From a virus: DNA of 64,000 nucleotides. Under the pieces are notes generated by a model. The model had not been told where the DNA came from. It did no database searches and saw only the letters and a program-made list of their open reading frames with translations. A program made the translations under genes and the position numbers. Of this stretch, positions 19,587 to 29,535 are shown one piece after another; the first letter of the stretch is position 1, and each line of letters opens with the position of its first letter. The stretch lies in IMG/VR virus record IMGVR_UViG_3300021141_000001; one strand, given 5' to 3'.

Positions 19587-20306
19587 TTGATGATTTTACA
19601 AGGTGACTGTTTTGAGTTAATAAAAAATATTGAAAGTAAGTCTGTGGATTTGATTTTAGTCGATCCACCATACTTAATATCCAGACCATCTGGTTTTTCA
19701 AATTATTCAGATGACGCTTCAAAAGAATTAATAACAAAGTATGGTAAAGTATCAATTGATTTTGGTGATTGGGATAAAGGTGAGTTAGATTGGAACTTTC
19801 TTTTTAAAGAGTATAATCGAGTTTTAAAAGATGGTGGAACTTTAATTATTTTTTATGATGTTTGGAAATCTACAGAGATTAAAACTATGGCGGATAAATA
19901 CAAGTTCAAACAACCAAGAGTTTGTCAGTGGCAAAAATCAAATCCAGTTCCTATTAATTCTAAGTTAAATTACTTATCAAATGCTATTGAATACTTTTTC
20001 ACTTTTGTAAAAGGAAAAAAACCCACTTTTCATTCTGTTTATGATAATGGTGTTTATAGATATCCAATTTGTCACGGTAAAGAAAGATATGAACATCCAA
20101 CTCAAAAGCCATTACAATTGATTACTGATATTGTAAATAAACATTCAAATCCGGGTGATTTAGTTTTAGACAACTTTGCTGGTACTGGTACAACAGCACA
20201 CGCTTGTATATTAACTGATAGAAAATATATAGTGATGGAAAGAGATGAAAAGTATTTTGAAATAATAAAATCAAGAATCAATGGTTTAGTAGAACCAATA
20301 AAATAA
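19587..20306 (+). CDS. DNA amino-methyltransferase (N6A/N4C, beta class), orphan
   Basis: DPPY, HPTQKP, DNFAGTGTT. Confidence 0.92.
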   Translation: MMILQGDCFELIKNIESKSVDLILVDPPYLISRPSGFSNYSDDASKELITKYGKVSIDFGDWDKGELDWNFLFKEYNRVLKDGGTLIIFYDVWKSTEIKTMADKYKFKQPRVCQWQKSNPVPINSKLNYLSNAIEYFFTFVKGKKPTFHSVYDNGVYRYPICHGKERYEHPTQKPLQLITDIVNKHSNPGDLVLDNFAGTGTTAHACILTDRKYIVMERDEKYFEIIKSRINGLVEPIK

Positions 20307-20317
20307 AATATAAAATT

Positions 20318-20713
20318 ATGTCTATTATAATAAGAAACTCACAATTAAATGATGAAACAATTGCCGCTTTAAATAAATTAGTTGATGTTGATATTAACGC
20401 TTCGGTGGCATTTAAATTAATGAGAATTATTAAAGAAATATCTTCTATTGTTGATGATAAGAATAAGATGGAACAAATGATTATTAGTAAACACTCTGAA
20501 AAGGATGAAGAAGGTAAAGTTGTTCAAGCTAAGGATGACCAAGGTAATCCAATAGGTATTAATATTAAAAATATAGAATCATTTTCTGCTGATATGGAGG
20601 ATTTTATGAGTGTTGAGAATGAGATAGGATATGATAAAATTAATTTTGAAGATTTAAATTTACAAACTGCTAGAGTCAAAGATTTAATGAAATTAGAATT
20701 TTTATTCAATTAA
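20318..20713 (+). CDS. Hypothetical protein
   Basis: 131-aa ORF followed by terminator at 20714-20738. Confidence 0.7.
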   Translation: MSIIIRNSQLNDETIAALNKLVDVDINASVAFKLMRIIKEISSIVDDKNKMEQMIISKHSEKDEEGKVVQAKDDQGNPIGINIKNIESFSADMEDFMSVENEIGYDKINFEDLNLQTARVKDLMKLEFLFN

Positions 20714-20797
20714 AAAAAAGTCCTTCAGGACTTTTTTTGTTTTAAACCAATAAATAGTCTTGTCTTTTTAATATATACAAAAAAAGAATAAGATTAA

Positions 20798-22375
20798 ATG
20801 CCAGCTACATATAGTATAAGTGTTGGAACACCAACAGAAGCTTTGAGAAAGCAGGATATTAACAGTGTTCTATTAGATTTACCTGATAATACCCAAAAAT
20901 TAATATCACCTAGAGATGTTAGAGATGCTTTTGTAACTACTTGGGCTAATTCGGCTTTTAAACAAACGATTGGACAAGCTAGTATTGAATATTTAGGTAT
21001 TGACTCTGGTAATCCTAATAATAGAGATATCAAACAAAAGATTTTTATTGGTAAAAGAAGTTATGCTGGTTTGGATATAATGAATAATTCTTTATTAAAT
21101 GATACTAATAATGATATTTATATTTTTAACACAAAACCAGATAATTATTCAACACAAAGTACAACAATTACTATCTTAGCTGGAACTAATTCTTCATTAC
21201 ATTCATATGCTCCTTATATACAATCAAATGTTGTAAATTCTGGTAATGCTTTAGGATTAGATTTTATTAATCCTTCGCAGTTTTCAGGACCTATTAATGT
21301 TTATAGTAATACCGGTAGAGTTGCTATTAATGGTATTTTATTTCCAACAGTTTCTGAGACTTCTGCTTCAGCATCTAATGGTAAGATATTAAAATATTCT
21401 GGTACTTATCCAAATGGTGTTCTTAGATGGACCGAACCAACAGTTAGTATTGCTAATATTGGATCTCCTGGATTACCAACAAATATTTATGGTAGTCCAA
21501 GTAATGTAAATGGTCATTCTTTAGAGTTTGTTGATAGTTCTCCTGTGCCTATTGCGGTTGGTGGTATTGCTCAAGGTAGTTCTTTTTCAGCTGGTTCTTA
21601 TAATGGTCAGAATTGGCCCTTATCAGAAGTTATTAGAAAAATATTATATCCTTATGTACCACCTACTTTATCATTGAGTGTTGATACTAATGGTGTGAAT
21701 TATTTTACAACAGGTTTGACTCACTCAGCTTTATTTAGTTATTCAATTACTAGATATACAAATGATATTAATAGTTATAATATAACAGGTACTACATATT
21801 CTGGTTTATCTTTTAGTGGTGTTGTTGGTAGTCAATTTAGTGCTACTTTTAGTTCTAGTATTTATAGTAATGCTACCATTACAAATAATTTATTAAATAC
21901 TCTTCCATATGTTAGTGGACTAACACAAAGTTATGTTTTAAGTGCTCGTGATAATACAGTTCTTTTAACTTTTTCACATAGTGCTACAGCTTCTGTGAAG
22001 TTTGTACATCCTAGCTTTTATGGATTTAGTTTAACTAAAATAACATCTGGTTCTTTGTTGGGATCTTTTGTTAATTCATCTACTAGACTTGCTCTTCCTT
22101 ATTTAGGATCTCAGTCAGTTTCTTTGAATTATAATGGTTCTGGTTATGTTTATTTTGTAGTTCCTAATATTTATCCAGATTTATCTAAAATTAAAGATCC
22201 AAATGGATTTATTATACATGACTCTACATTACCAGCATTGACCGTATTTACACATTCTACATATGCTCCATCTGGAGGTAATAATTTACCAACACCAGTG
22301 CCTTCTTATAGAGTATATAGAACAATTGGAACATGTAGTTATACCAGTAGTGGTAATTTTGAATTTATATTTTAA
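20798..22375 (+). CDS. Virion structural (tail/fibre-associated) protein, paralog 1
   Basis: Ser/Thr/Gly-rich beta composition, late motif at 20769, homologous to next gene. Confidence 0.6.
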   Translation: MPATYSISVGTPTEALRKQDINSVLLDLPDNTQKLISPRDVRDAFVTTWANSAFKQTIGQASIEYLGIDSGNPNNRDIKQKIFIGKRSYAGLDIMNNSLLNDTNNDIYIFNTKPDNYSTQSTTITILAGTNSSLHSYAPYIQSNVVNSGNALGLDFINPSQFSGPINVYSNTGRVAINGILFPTVSETSASASNGKILKYSGTYPNGVLRWTEPTVSIANIGSPGLPTNIYGSPSNVNGHSLEFVDSSPVPIAVGGIAQGSSFSAGSYNGQNWPLSEVIRKILYPYVPPTLSLSVDTNGVNYFTTGLTHSALFSYSITRYTNDINSYNITGTTYSGLSFSGVVGSQFSATFSSSIYSNATITNNLLNTLPYVSGLTQSYVLSARDNTVLLTFSHSATASVKFVHPSFYGFSLTKITSGSLLGSFVNSSTRLALPYLGSQSVSLNYNGSGYVYFVVPNIYPDLSKIKDPNGFIIHDSTLPALTVFTHSTYAPSGGNNLPTPVPSYRVYRTIGTCSYTSSGNFEFIF

Positions 22376-22377
22376 TA

Positions 22378-23919
22378 ATGGCAACATATAGTATCAATAC
22401 AGGAACTTCAACAGAAACGATGACCTATAATATAATAGGAGCTACTGCTATTGATTTAAGTCCAGTTCTTGATATTTTAAAAGATAATAGTAATAAAGAA
22501 ATAAATCCTAAGGATATTAGAGATGCTGTTTTAACATCATTTTCTAATTCAGCATTTAAACAAACATTAGCATCACAATCAACTATTTCTTACATTGGTG
22601 TTGATACAGTTAATCCTAATTATTTAAATAAAGATGTTAAGAAAAAAGTTTATTTTGGAAAAAGAGCTTTTTCACAATTAAATTCTTATTCATATACAGA
22701 TGATATAATGACTTCTAGTTTGTTAAATTCTGATACTGATATTTTTCTTTATAATACTAAAAAAGATACAGTATCTAATAATCGAACAAAAATTGCTATA
22801 TTAGCAGGTACTAATTCTTCTTTATATACAAATTCACCTTATTTACAATCACAAATAATTACTGTTGGTACTTATTCTTCTTTATCTTTAGATATTATTA
22901 ACCCAACTATTACTGGCGCTACTTATGCCGTTATTAATTTCAATAGTGACTCTGGAACTGTTTCTTTTAATAATATAGCTTTTCCTAGTCCTCAATCATC
23001 ATATGGTTTGATACCTGGATTAACTGCTGCTGGTAATGATAGAGTTTTAAAATGGAATAATGGTATTTTAGGTTGGGATGATATTTTATTACCAGATACT
23101 AGTTATATAGGCGTAACTGGAAGTGCTATTAATATTTATGGTTCTCCAGTAAATGTTAATGGTTATCCTTTAGAGTTTACTGATAGTCGACAATGTACAG
23201 TGCCTATTGGAGATATTCAATTAGGTGAAACATTTAATTCAGTTTCAATTGTTGAAATGTTAAGAAGAATGGTTTATGATTATTTACCACCTACATGTAG
23301 TTTATCTGTTTTACCTCCTTATTCATCAGGTTATGTTGAGGTTGGTTCAACACCTTTAATAAAATTAGGTTACACTATTAATAAAAAAAGTTTACCTACT
23401 CAGACATCTATATTTTATTATATGATACCAAGTAGTTATCCACCTATTACAACCAATGGTCAAGTATCTGTTTCGGGTACAGTTAATGGTGTTGTTATTA
23501 CACCTATTACTAGTGCTACTACTTCATTTACAATAACAGTGAGTGATGGTACTCAATCTAATTCATCAAGTACTACAGTGACTGGTATTTATCCTTATTT
23601 TTATGGATTCAGTTCACTTACAACAATGACAACAGCCGGTTTGGCAGCATTGACAAAATTAGTAGAGCCTCAAGGAATAAAAAATATTGATGTTATTGGT
23701 AATGGTAATTTATATTTTATTTATGATAGTAATTATCCTTTATTAAGTGCTATCTATAATGAATTTGGAAATACAATTTCTGGTTCTTTTTCATCACCTA
23801 CAATTTTAACATTATCATCACCTACTGGTCTTTGGGCTTCAAAACAGTTTAGAGTTTATCAATATAATGGTGTTCCTCAAATTGGACCACCATCAATAAA
23901 TTATCAATTCAAATATTAA
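22378..23919 (+). CDS. Virion structural protein, paralog 2
   Basis: Shares TYSIxxGTxTE, DNxxKxIxPxDxRDA, NSAFKQT, ILAGTNSSL, NIYGSPxNVNG with previous gene. Confidence 0.6.
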   Translation: MATYSINTGTSTETMTYNIIGATAIDLSPVLDILKDNSNKEINPKDIRDAVLTSFSNSAFKQTLASQSTISYIGVDTVNPNYLNKDVKKKVYFGKRAFSQLNSYSYTDDIMTSSLLNSDTDIFLYNTKKDTVSNNRTKIAILAGTNSSLYTNSPYLQSQIITVGTYSSLSLDIINPTITGATYAVINFNSDSGTVSFNNIAFPSPQSSYGLIPGLTAAGNDRVLKWNNGILGWDDILLPDTSYIGVTGSAINIYGSPVNVNGYPLEFTDSRQCTVPIGDIQLGETFNSVSIVEMLRRMVYDYLPPTCSLSVLPPYSSGYVEVGSTPLIKLGYTINKKSLPTQTSIFYYMIPSSYPPITTNGQVSVSGTVNGVVITPITSATTSFTITVSDGTQSNSSSTTVTGIYPYFYGFSSLTTMTTAGLAALTKLVEPQGIKNIDVIGNGNLYFIYDSNYPLLSAIYNEFGNTISGSFSSPTILTLSSPTGLWASKQFRVYQYNGVPQIGPPSINYQFKY

Positions 23920-23937
23920 AAATTTTATATATACACT

Positions 23938-25158
23938 ATGGCAATACAAATTATAGATGGATTTCAAGTAAACACCGCTTTACCGATAGATAACAGAATA
24001 GTTGCTTCTGGATCAACAGCAAGAAATGCTATACCTTATAAATATCATGGTTTAAGAGTATTTGATATATCAAATAATATACCTTATGTTTGGAATGGTT
24101 CATCTTGGGTTTCTGAGAATGCCTCCGGTATTGTTGGTTCTGGTACAAGTACTTTTTTCCCTTTATTTACATCATCTAATGTTGTAGGTGATAGTTTTTT
24201 ATATCAAGATGGTGGAGTTATTAAAACAGGTGATGATGGTGGTGGATCTGATTTAGTTGAAATTAGTCCATATTATGGAACAGTTACTGTCCAAGGTGGT
24301 TTTGTTGGACCTGGTACTTCTATTACTAACATAAATGGTTCTAATATAAATAGTGGTTCTATACCAGTTAATAAACTAGTAAATGGTTCAACTGGTCAAG
24401 TTTTAGTATCAAGTGTTACTAATCCTTTTTGGTCAAATACTAGTCAATTATCTGTAGGTACTGCTTCTGTTGCTGTTAATGCTACACAGGTTTCTATTAC
24501 CGGCACCGATGCTTCATCTACCGAAAGATATTTGACATTTATTGATACAATCAATATTAGTCCTGTTAATAATATAGTTAAGGCGAATACAACTTTAAGA
24601 TTTAAACCATCTACTGGTCAATTATTGATAAATTCTGGTGCTGTTGCTACTCCAGGTATTGGTATTATAGGTACTACAAATACTGGTATTTATAAATATA
24701 GTACTAGTGGACTTGGTATAACGGTTGCTGGTTCTGAAAAGGCATCTTTTAATACTGATGGTATCAGACATGTGAATACTACTTTTAGTAATCCTGGAAA
24801 TATTGCTTCTTTTGTAGTTGGTACTGGTAATTTAACTCGAGCAACACAAATAACTATTGCTTCTGTTACTTATGATAGAGTTATATATGTTTATAGCAGT
24901 AGTAATGAAAATAATTATTATTCTACTTCTGGCTTCTTTGAAATAGAAATTTACATCATTAATGGAGGAGTTAATCAACAAATATATACTATTTTTCATG
25001 GAAATGATAGTGATATTAGACCTACAGGTATAGGATATAACTATATTTTACCTGCCGGTTCATCATCTACTATAAGTCTTTATAAGGGTAATAACTTAGC
25101 GTGGAATGCCGGGTCTGGGCCTACAATTTATGCTAAGTCTTTGAAATTTGGTCTTTAA
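23938..25158 (+). CDS. Putative tail fibre protein
   Basis: Gly/Ser/Thr-rich, fibre-like segments (GQVL, TNTGIY). Confidence 0.55.
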   Translation: MAIQIIDGFQVNTALPIDNRIVASGSTARNAIPYKYHGLRVFDISNNIPYVWNGSSWVSENASGIVGSGTSTFFPLFTSSNVVGDSFLYQDGGVIKTGDDGGGSDLVEISPYYGTVTVQGGFVGPGTSITNINGSNINSGSIPVNKLVNGSTGQVLVSSVTNPFWSNTSQLSVGTASVAVNATQVSITGTDASSTERYLTFIDTINISPVNNIVKANTTLRFKPSTGQLLINSGAVATPGIGIIGTTNTGIYKYSTSGLGITVAGSEKASFNTDGIRHVNTTFSNPGNIASFVVGTGNLTRATQITIASVTYDRVIYVYSSSNENNYYSTSGFFEIEIYIINGGVNQQIYTIFHGNDSDIRPTGIGYNYILPAGSSSTISLYKGNNLAWNAGSGPTIYAKSLKFGL

Positions 25159-25160
25159 GA

Positions 25161-25847
25161 TTACTCTTCTATTTTTTCAAACCACCAATTGAAATAAATG
25201 TAGTTATCACCAACTAGATTGTAATAATCGGTTTCGTATTTAACAACCATTTTATTATCATGAGCTCTAATTAATTCTATTTCAATTCCTTTATCCATTT
25301 TTAACTGTTTACCAGTCTCAGTTGAATAACAATATAACTCATCGTTTAGCAGTTTATACATACCTGGTTCAGGTTTTAGCCAAGATTTAATTGTTTTAAT
25401 AATAAGTCCTTTGATTTTAATAATCCATTCTTTACTTTGATATAAATCAAAATCTTTGAATACTTCTGATGTGAATTCTGGATTAGGACTCATAACATTT
25501 TCAATAACACCCCAATATTCATAATCATCAATTACAAAAGTAATATAAGCGTCATAGAATATACTATTTGATTTAACAATTCTAAGAATTTTCATCTTTT
25601 GAATATCTTGACTTTCTAAACCTAATTTACTTCTTAAATTTTTATAAGCACTAGTACCTGCTAAATTATAAAGAATGTCATTAACTCTTGACATTGCTTG
25701 TCTAATAGCATCTGCGTGTTTATCAAAGGCATTAGTTGATAAAGATGGATCATCAACACCACCAATTGCTCCAGCAGCAGAATCTGGATTCATTCTTTGC
25801 ATGTTAAATTCAGTAAATTCTAAAATAAGTTTATTCTTACGTTTCAT
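25161..25847 (-). CDS. Hypothetical protein
   Basis: 228 aa; ILEFTEFN tag-like start. Confidence 0.7.
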   Translation of the reverse strand: MKRKNKLILEFTEFNMQRMNPDSAAGAIGGVDDPSLSTNAFDKHADAIRQAMSRVNDILYNLAGTSAYKNLRSKLGLESQDIQKMKILRIVKSNSIFYDAYITFVIDDYEYWGVIENVMSPNPEFTSEVFKDFDLYQSKEWIIKIKGLIIKTIKSWLKPEPGMYKLLNDELYCYSTETGKQLKMDKGIEIELIRAHDNKMVVKYETDYYNLVGDNYIYFNWWFEKIEE

Positions 25848-25851
25848 AATA

Positions 25852-25867
25852 TTAATATATATATTAA
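25852..25867. promoter_or_regulatory. Palindromic bidirectional late promoter
   Basis: TTAATATATATATTAA carries TAATATATA on both strands between divergent genes. Confidence 0.65.
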
Positions 25868-25885
25868 AATTATCAAACCATTATT

Positions 25886-26203
25886 ATGAAAATTAAAAGA
25901 TTCAATGAAGACGAACAAGTAGATATCTCATCTGAAAGAGTTAGTGAAATTAATGAAGAATTAAAAGACTTTGCTGCTATTATGTTAGATAAATCTAAAT
26001 ATATTGAGTCTCTTCTAAATGAACTTAATAACTTCAGAAGTGATTCTAAAAAAGGTAATGATCAAATAGATGATTCTATTGCGGCTCTTCAAGTTATAAA
26101 GAAAGATGTTGATGATTGTAATGATAAGATTGATACTGTTATCAATAATTTAATGGATTACAATGATGGTGGTAGAAAATATATGTATACCGAAAACAAG
26201 TAA
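25886..26203 (+). CDS. Coiled-coil protein with tag-like N-terminus
   Basis: MKIKRFNE start, heptad pattern. Confidence 0.7.
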   Translation: MKIKRFNEDEQVDISSERVSEINEELKDFAAIMLDKSKYIESLLNELNNFRSDSKKGNDQIDDSIAALQVIKKDVDDCNDKIDTVINNLMDYNDGGRKYMYTENK

Positions 26204-26225
26204 TTAAATTTACTGTATAATACTA

Positions 26226-26348
26226 TGGCGGTTTGGGAAAATATACCTGAGTGTAAAAAAGAGTCTATAATTAAATCTTTATATAGATTTGATAGGATTC
26301 AAAAAAGAAAGAAAACAATCAAAAGATTATTTAATGTTAATAGGTAAA
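26226..26348 (+). CDS. 40-aa peptide not in ORF track
   Basis: MAVWENIPECKKESIIKSLYRFDRIQKRKKTIKRLFNVNR, ends with the recurrent RxxxIxxLF motif. Confidence 0.45.
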
Positions 26349-26597
26349 AAGTCTGATAATTTAATAGAACCAGGTTATGTTTATGCTCCTTATATACCAA
26401 TGACTACGGCTCAGACTGTAGTTGGATATGGTTCAAAAAATGTAAGTAGAAAGAGAAAAATTAATAAGATATTTGATTTAGGTTTAGATGTTAAAGATGA
26501 ATTCTCACCAAGTAAATCAATTATGAGTAGATACTCTAAAAAGATTATAAATAATAAATTTTACGGAACTATAGAAATAAAAAATCCCACTTATTAA
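26334..26597 (+). CDS. Stand-alone homolog of the C-terminal segment of gp23-type major capsid protein
   Basis: LIGKK..PGYVYAPYIPM and FSPSKSIMSRYSKKIINNKFYG; in-frame ATG at 26334. Confidence 0.65.
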   Translation: MLIGKKSDNLIEPGYVYAPYIPMTTAQTVVGYGSKNVSRKRKINKIFDLGLDVKDEFSPSKSIMSRYSKKIINNKFYGTIEIKNPTY

Positions 26598-26609
26598 GTG
26601 GGATTTTAA

Positions 26610-26912
26610 TTATAATTCATTGAACTTTTTTAAATGATTAAGACTTTCTGCTAAGAATTTCTCACCATCTAAATTCTTATTAGAAGGCTTATTAGGTTTT
26701 TTAGTATTGATTGTAGGATCTGCTAAGAATTTCTCACCATCTAAATTTTTGTTAGAAGGCTTAGTAACTTTCATAGAAACATCAGCATCACTTAAAGATT
26801 TATCAGCATCTAATTTCTTTTTTGATGCTGGTTTACTATGATCTTGTTTCTTTATATCTTTTGATAAATTTGATAACTTATCATTAATTGGATGTTTCTT
26901 AATGTGTTTCAT
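26610..26912 (-). CDS. Basic low-complexity protein with internal duplication
   Basis: KPSNKNLDGEKFLA twice; ends HLKKFNEL. Confidence 0.65.
   Translation of the reverse strand: MKHIKKHPINDKLSNLSKDIKKQDHSKPASKKKLDADKSLSDADVSMKVTKPSNKNLDGEKFLADPTINTKKPNKPSNKNLDGEKFLAESLNHLKKFNEL
26647..26763. repeat. 45-bp direct repeat, two copies, 72-bp period
   Basis: 26647-26691 and 26719-26763 differ at two synonymous positions. Confidence 0.85.
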
Positions 26913-26913
26913 C

Positions 26914-27507
26914 TTATTTAGTGAATTTTAGTTTATATACTGTTTGATATATTAAAACTAATATATCGTCAATTATATTTGAAAATTCTGTATCTTCTTC
27001 ATTGAAGCAATTTTTTCTTTCTGATTTGATAAATTTACCCAAATCCATAAAATATTCAATTGGATCTTTTGAGTTAGACTCTTTAGTGTCTATTATATCA
27101 TAACCTTCTATTAGACCATATTGTGCTTGATATATTTCAATTAGTGTATCAAGTGAGTCTAATACTCCACCTTCTCCTTCATCATCTCCTTCATAGTATT
27201 CTTGTAGTGCTATATGTTTAGCATGAGATCCCATATCTCCTTTAACTTGTAGGTGATAAACGTGAGCCATTTGTCTTGATTCAAATATTTTAGATATAAA
27301 TTTTATAACATCATTAGAACCTGGTGTTTCAGAATTTTCTGACTTTTCTTCTTCAGTCTCATTATCTTCAACTTCTTCAGTTTTAGATTGACCAGCCATT
27401 AACTTAATCAATTCTTCTTTTGACATATCTTCGTAATTACCAGGAAGATTTGCTTCTGCCTCGAATATCTTCTTTTTAACTGGTTTAAAATCTGAAAACT
27501 TTTTCAT
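26914..27507 (-). CDS. Ferritin/Dps-like protein (DUF5856-like) with tagged N-terminus
   Basis: AHVYHLQ, HAKHIALQEYY, DTLIEIYQ, TVYKLKF. Confidence 0.65.
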   Translation of the reverse strand: MKKFSDFKPVKKKIFEAEANLPGNYEDMSKEELIKLMAGQSKTEEVEDNETEEEKSENSETPGSNDVIKFISKIFESRQMAHVYHLQVKGDMGSHAKHIALQEYYEGDDEGEGGVLDSLDTLIEIYQAQYGLIEGYDIIDTKESNSKDPIEYFMDLGKFIKSERKNCFNEEDTEFSNIIDDILVLIYQTVYKLKFTK

Positions 27508-27550
27508 ATTATTCTTTTTAATTTTATAATTTATATATTAATTTCTAAGA

Positions 27551-27952
27551 TCACTTTAATGTATCTAAGAAATTATCATAATCAAATTTGATTTTTTCTT
27601 TTTTGAATTGAGTTACCATATCATTGGCAATCTCCATTCTATTTTCTTTATCTTTAACTTTTTTTAGAATATCAATAATACCTGAAACCATTTGATAGTC
27701 GTTGTTATCTTTTAATTCAGTCTTTATTTTTGACTTTGACTCAAATATAATAGACTCTTCTATTCTTTTTTCAGTTTGGTCTATATTGTCTATAACATAT
27801 TCGGAACCATATTCTAAAGAAGATAAAATAGAATCTGCTAAATATCCAGCCTCTCCTTCATTTTCAGCTGGTATGATTAACTCAACTTGAGCATCTACTT
27901 TATAGAAACTTTCATTTTCTACTTCTTCTAATATTTTAGTAAATTTTTTCAT
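27551..27952 (-). CDS. Hypothetical protein
   Basis: MKKFTKILEE start. Confidence 0.7.
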   Translation of the reverse strand: MKKFTKILEEVENESFYKVDAQVELIIPAENEGEAGYLADSILSSLEYGSEYVIDNIDQTEKRIEESIIFESKSKIKTELKDNNDYQMVSGIIDILKKVKDKENRMEIANDMVTQFKKEKIKFDYDNFLDTLK

Positions 27953-27953
27953 T

Positions 27954-29060
27954 TTATTTAGTTTTTATTTTCCCAATTTTATTCATAAGATATCTTCCGT
28001 TTTCATTAAACTCTTTACTCCAATACTCAACAAATTGTTTACAATTCATTTTCTTAAAAGTGTTTATTGGTATAACTGATTTACCTTTTTGTCCTTTTAA
28101 CTCACTCTCATATACTGATACCCACATATCTTTAAGTTTATCAGCAATTTCGTGTTCGTCTTTAGCTCCAACTAATAAAGCATTACCCATATCTCTCAAA
28201 TTATAATGAGATGATATTGTGTTAATTAATGAGTTGTAAAATTCATCAGCATTAAAATATTTCATTTTTTCAGATATTTTGTATATCTTAAACTCTTTTA
28301 AATCTTTATTTGGATACTTATCAATAAAGTAATTGATTTCTTGAATGTTAGCATTCATCTCTTGTCTTTCACTAAAGTAGATGTATGATAAAAAATCTGA
28401 AGTCCATTTATACCAAATTTCTTTAGGAAACTTCCATTTGTTTTTCTCAGCATAGGTAAGAGCAGTATTGAAAGATCTATCATAAATAGGCTTTCTATAT
28501 TCACCTCTTTTAGCACCTTTAATAGTTCTTTTATAATGTTCGTAACAGTGATTTAACTCGTGATATAAAGTTGAGTTTATACCATCTATTAATTCTTGTT
28601 TATTTTCAGGATTATTAATGTCAAAGTTTCTTTTATCTACATCAACACCAACACTTAATTGAATTATTAGACCAACATCAGCAATTTTTCTAGCTGGTTT
28701 AACTATTTTAGAGTAGTTTTTCCAGTTTTTATTTCCAAAACCTGAAGCATATCCACCAATAGCAACGTGATTAGGGTAATCATACATTCCTTTAAATCTT
28801 GATGTAGTCATTTTTTTGAACTCCAATATCAATTCAAATCCAACAACTGGAAAATCAGGATATAAATTTTTATCTATAAATCTAGCTAAGTCTCTGTATT
28901 TAATTTCTACTTTTTCATCTAGTATATTTTCAGTAGATTCTAAAAAATCTAAGAATTTATAATATGTCTTTTTTTGTAAGACATCAGCAAACATAATACT
29001 TGACCTAGATAAGCCATGAGCCTCGTTTATTACGAATTGTTTAAAATTAAAAATCCCCAT
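27954..29060 (-). CDS. Putative zinc metallopeptidase-like protein, tagged
   Basis: HELNH motif plus downstream E; MGIFNFKQFVINE. Confidence 0.5.
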   Translation of the reverse strand: MGIFNFKQFVINEAHGLSRSSIMFADVLQKKTYYKFLDFLESTENILDEKVEIKYRDLARFIDKNLYPDFPVVGFELILEFKKMTTSRFKGMYDYPNHVAIGGYASGFGNKNWKNYSKIVKPARKIADVGLIIQLSVGVDVDKRNFDINNPENKQELIDGINSTLYHELNHCYEHYKRTIKGAKRGEYRKPIYDRSFNTALTYAEKNKWKFPKEIWYKWTSDFLSYIYFSERQEMNANIQEINYFIDKYPNKDLKEFKIYKISEKMKYFNADEFYNSLINTISSHYNLRDMGNALLVGAKDEHEIADKLKDMWVSVYESELKGQKGKSVIPINTFKKMNCKQFVEYWSKEFNENGRYLMNKIGKIKTK

Positions 29061-29106
29061 AAGTCTATATATTAAAAACCTATGGGGATTTATTGAATTA
29101 TTTATA

Positions 29107-29535
29107 TTAGTTCAAGATTTCAGTTATCTTTTTCTCTCTATATGATCTAACATCGATATCAGTCTCAACAGCTTCATAGAATGATAGTTTAACCATATTC
29201 GTATATTTTTGAGTTTCTTCTTCATTAGCCATTGGGTGTAATCTGTTTTCATAAGACTCCCATCTATTTTTTGATTCTGGCTTACCATATTTTTGATTAA
29301 GAGATTCATTGAATTTATCATATTCATCAATTTCTACTGTTAGAATATCTTCCATATCATATGAGTATTCTGATATTGAACACTGCTTAAATTCTTTAGC
29401 ATTTAATTCATTCACCTTTCTATTAGCATCTTCTTTAGAAAATACAATTAGACTTGGACTACCACCTTCGGATTCACTGTAGATATTATCATCATATTCA
29501 AATCCTTTTCTTAAAATTACATACGCCTTTTCCAT
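29107..29535 (-). CDS. Hypothetical protein with C-terminal REKKITEIL motif
   Basis: 142-aa ORF. Confidence 0.7.
   Translation of the reverse strand: MEKAYVILRKGFEYDDNIYSESEGGSPSLIVFSKEDANRKVNELNAKEFKQCSISEYSYDMEDILTVEIDEYDKFNESLNQKYGKPESKNRWESYENRLHPMANEEETQKYTNMVKLSFYEAVETDIDVRSYREKKITEILN

Noticed and set aside
19587-20713. Restriction-modification system
   Set aside because: Neighbouring ORFs show no nuclease motifs; the methylase looks orphan.
26647-26763. Repeat as CRISPR or attachment site
   Set aside because: Two copies only, in frame, differing at synonymous sites: an intragenic protein repeat.
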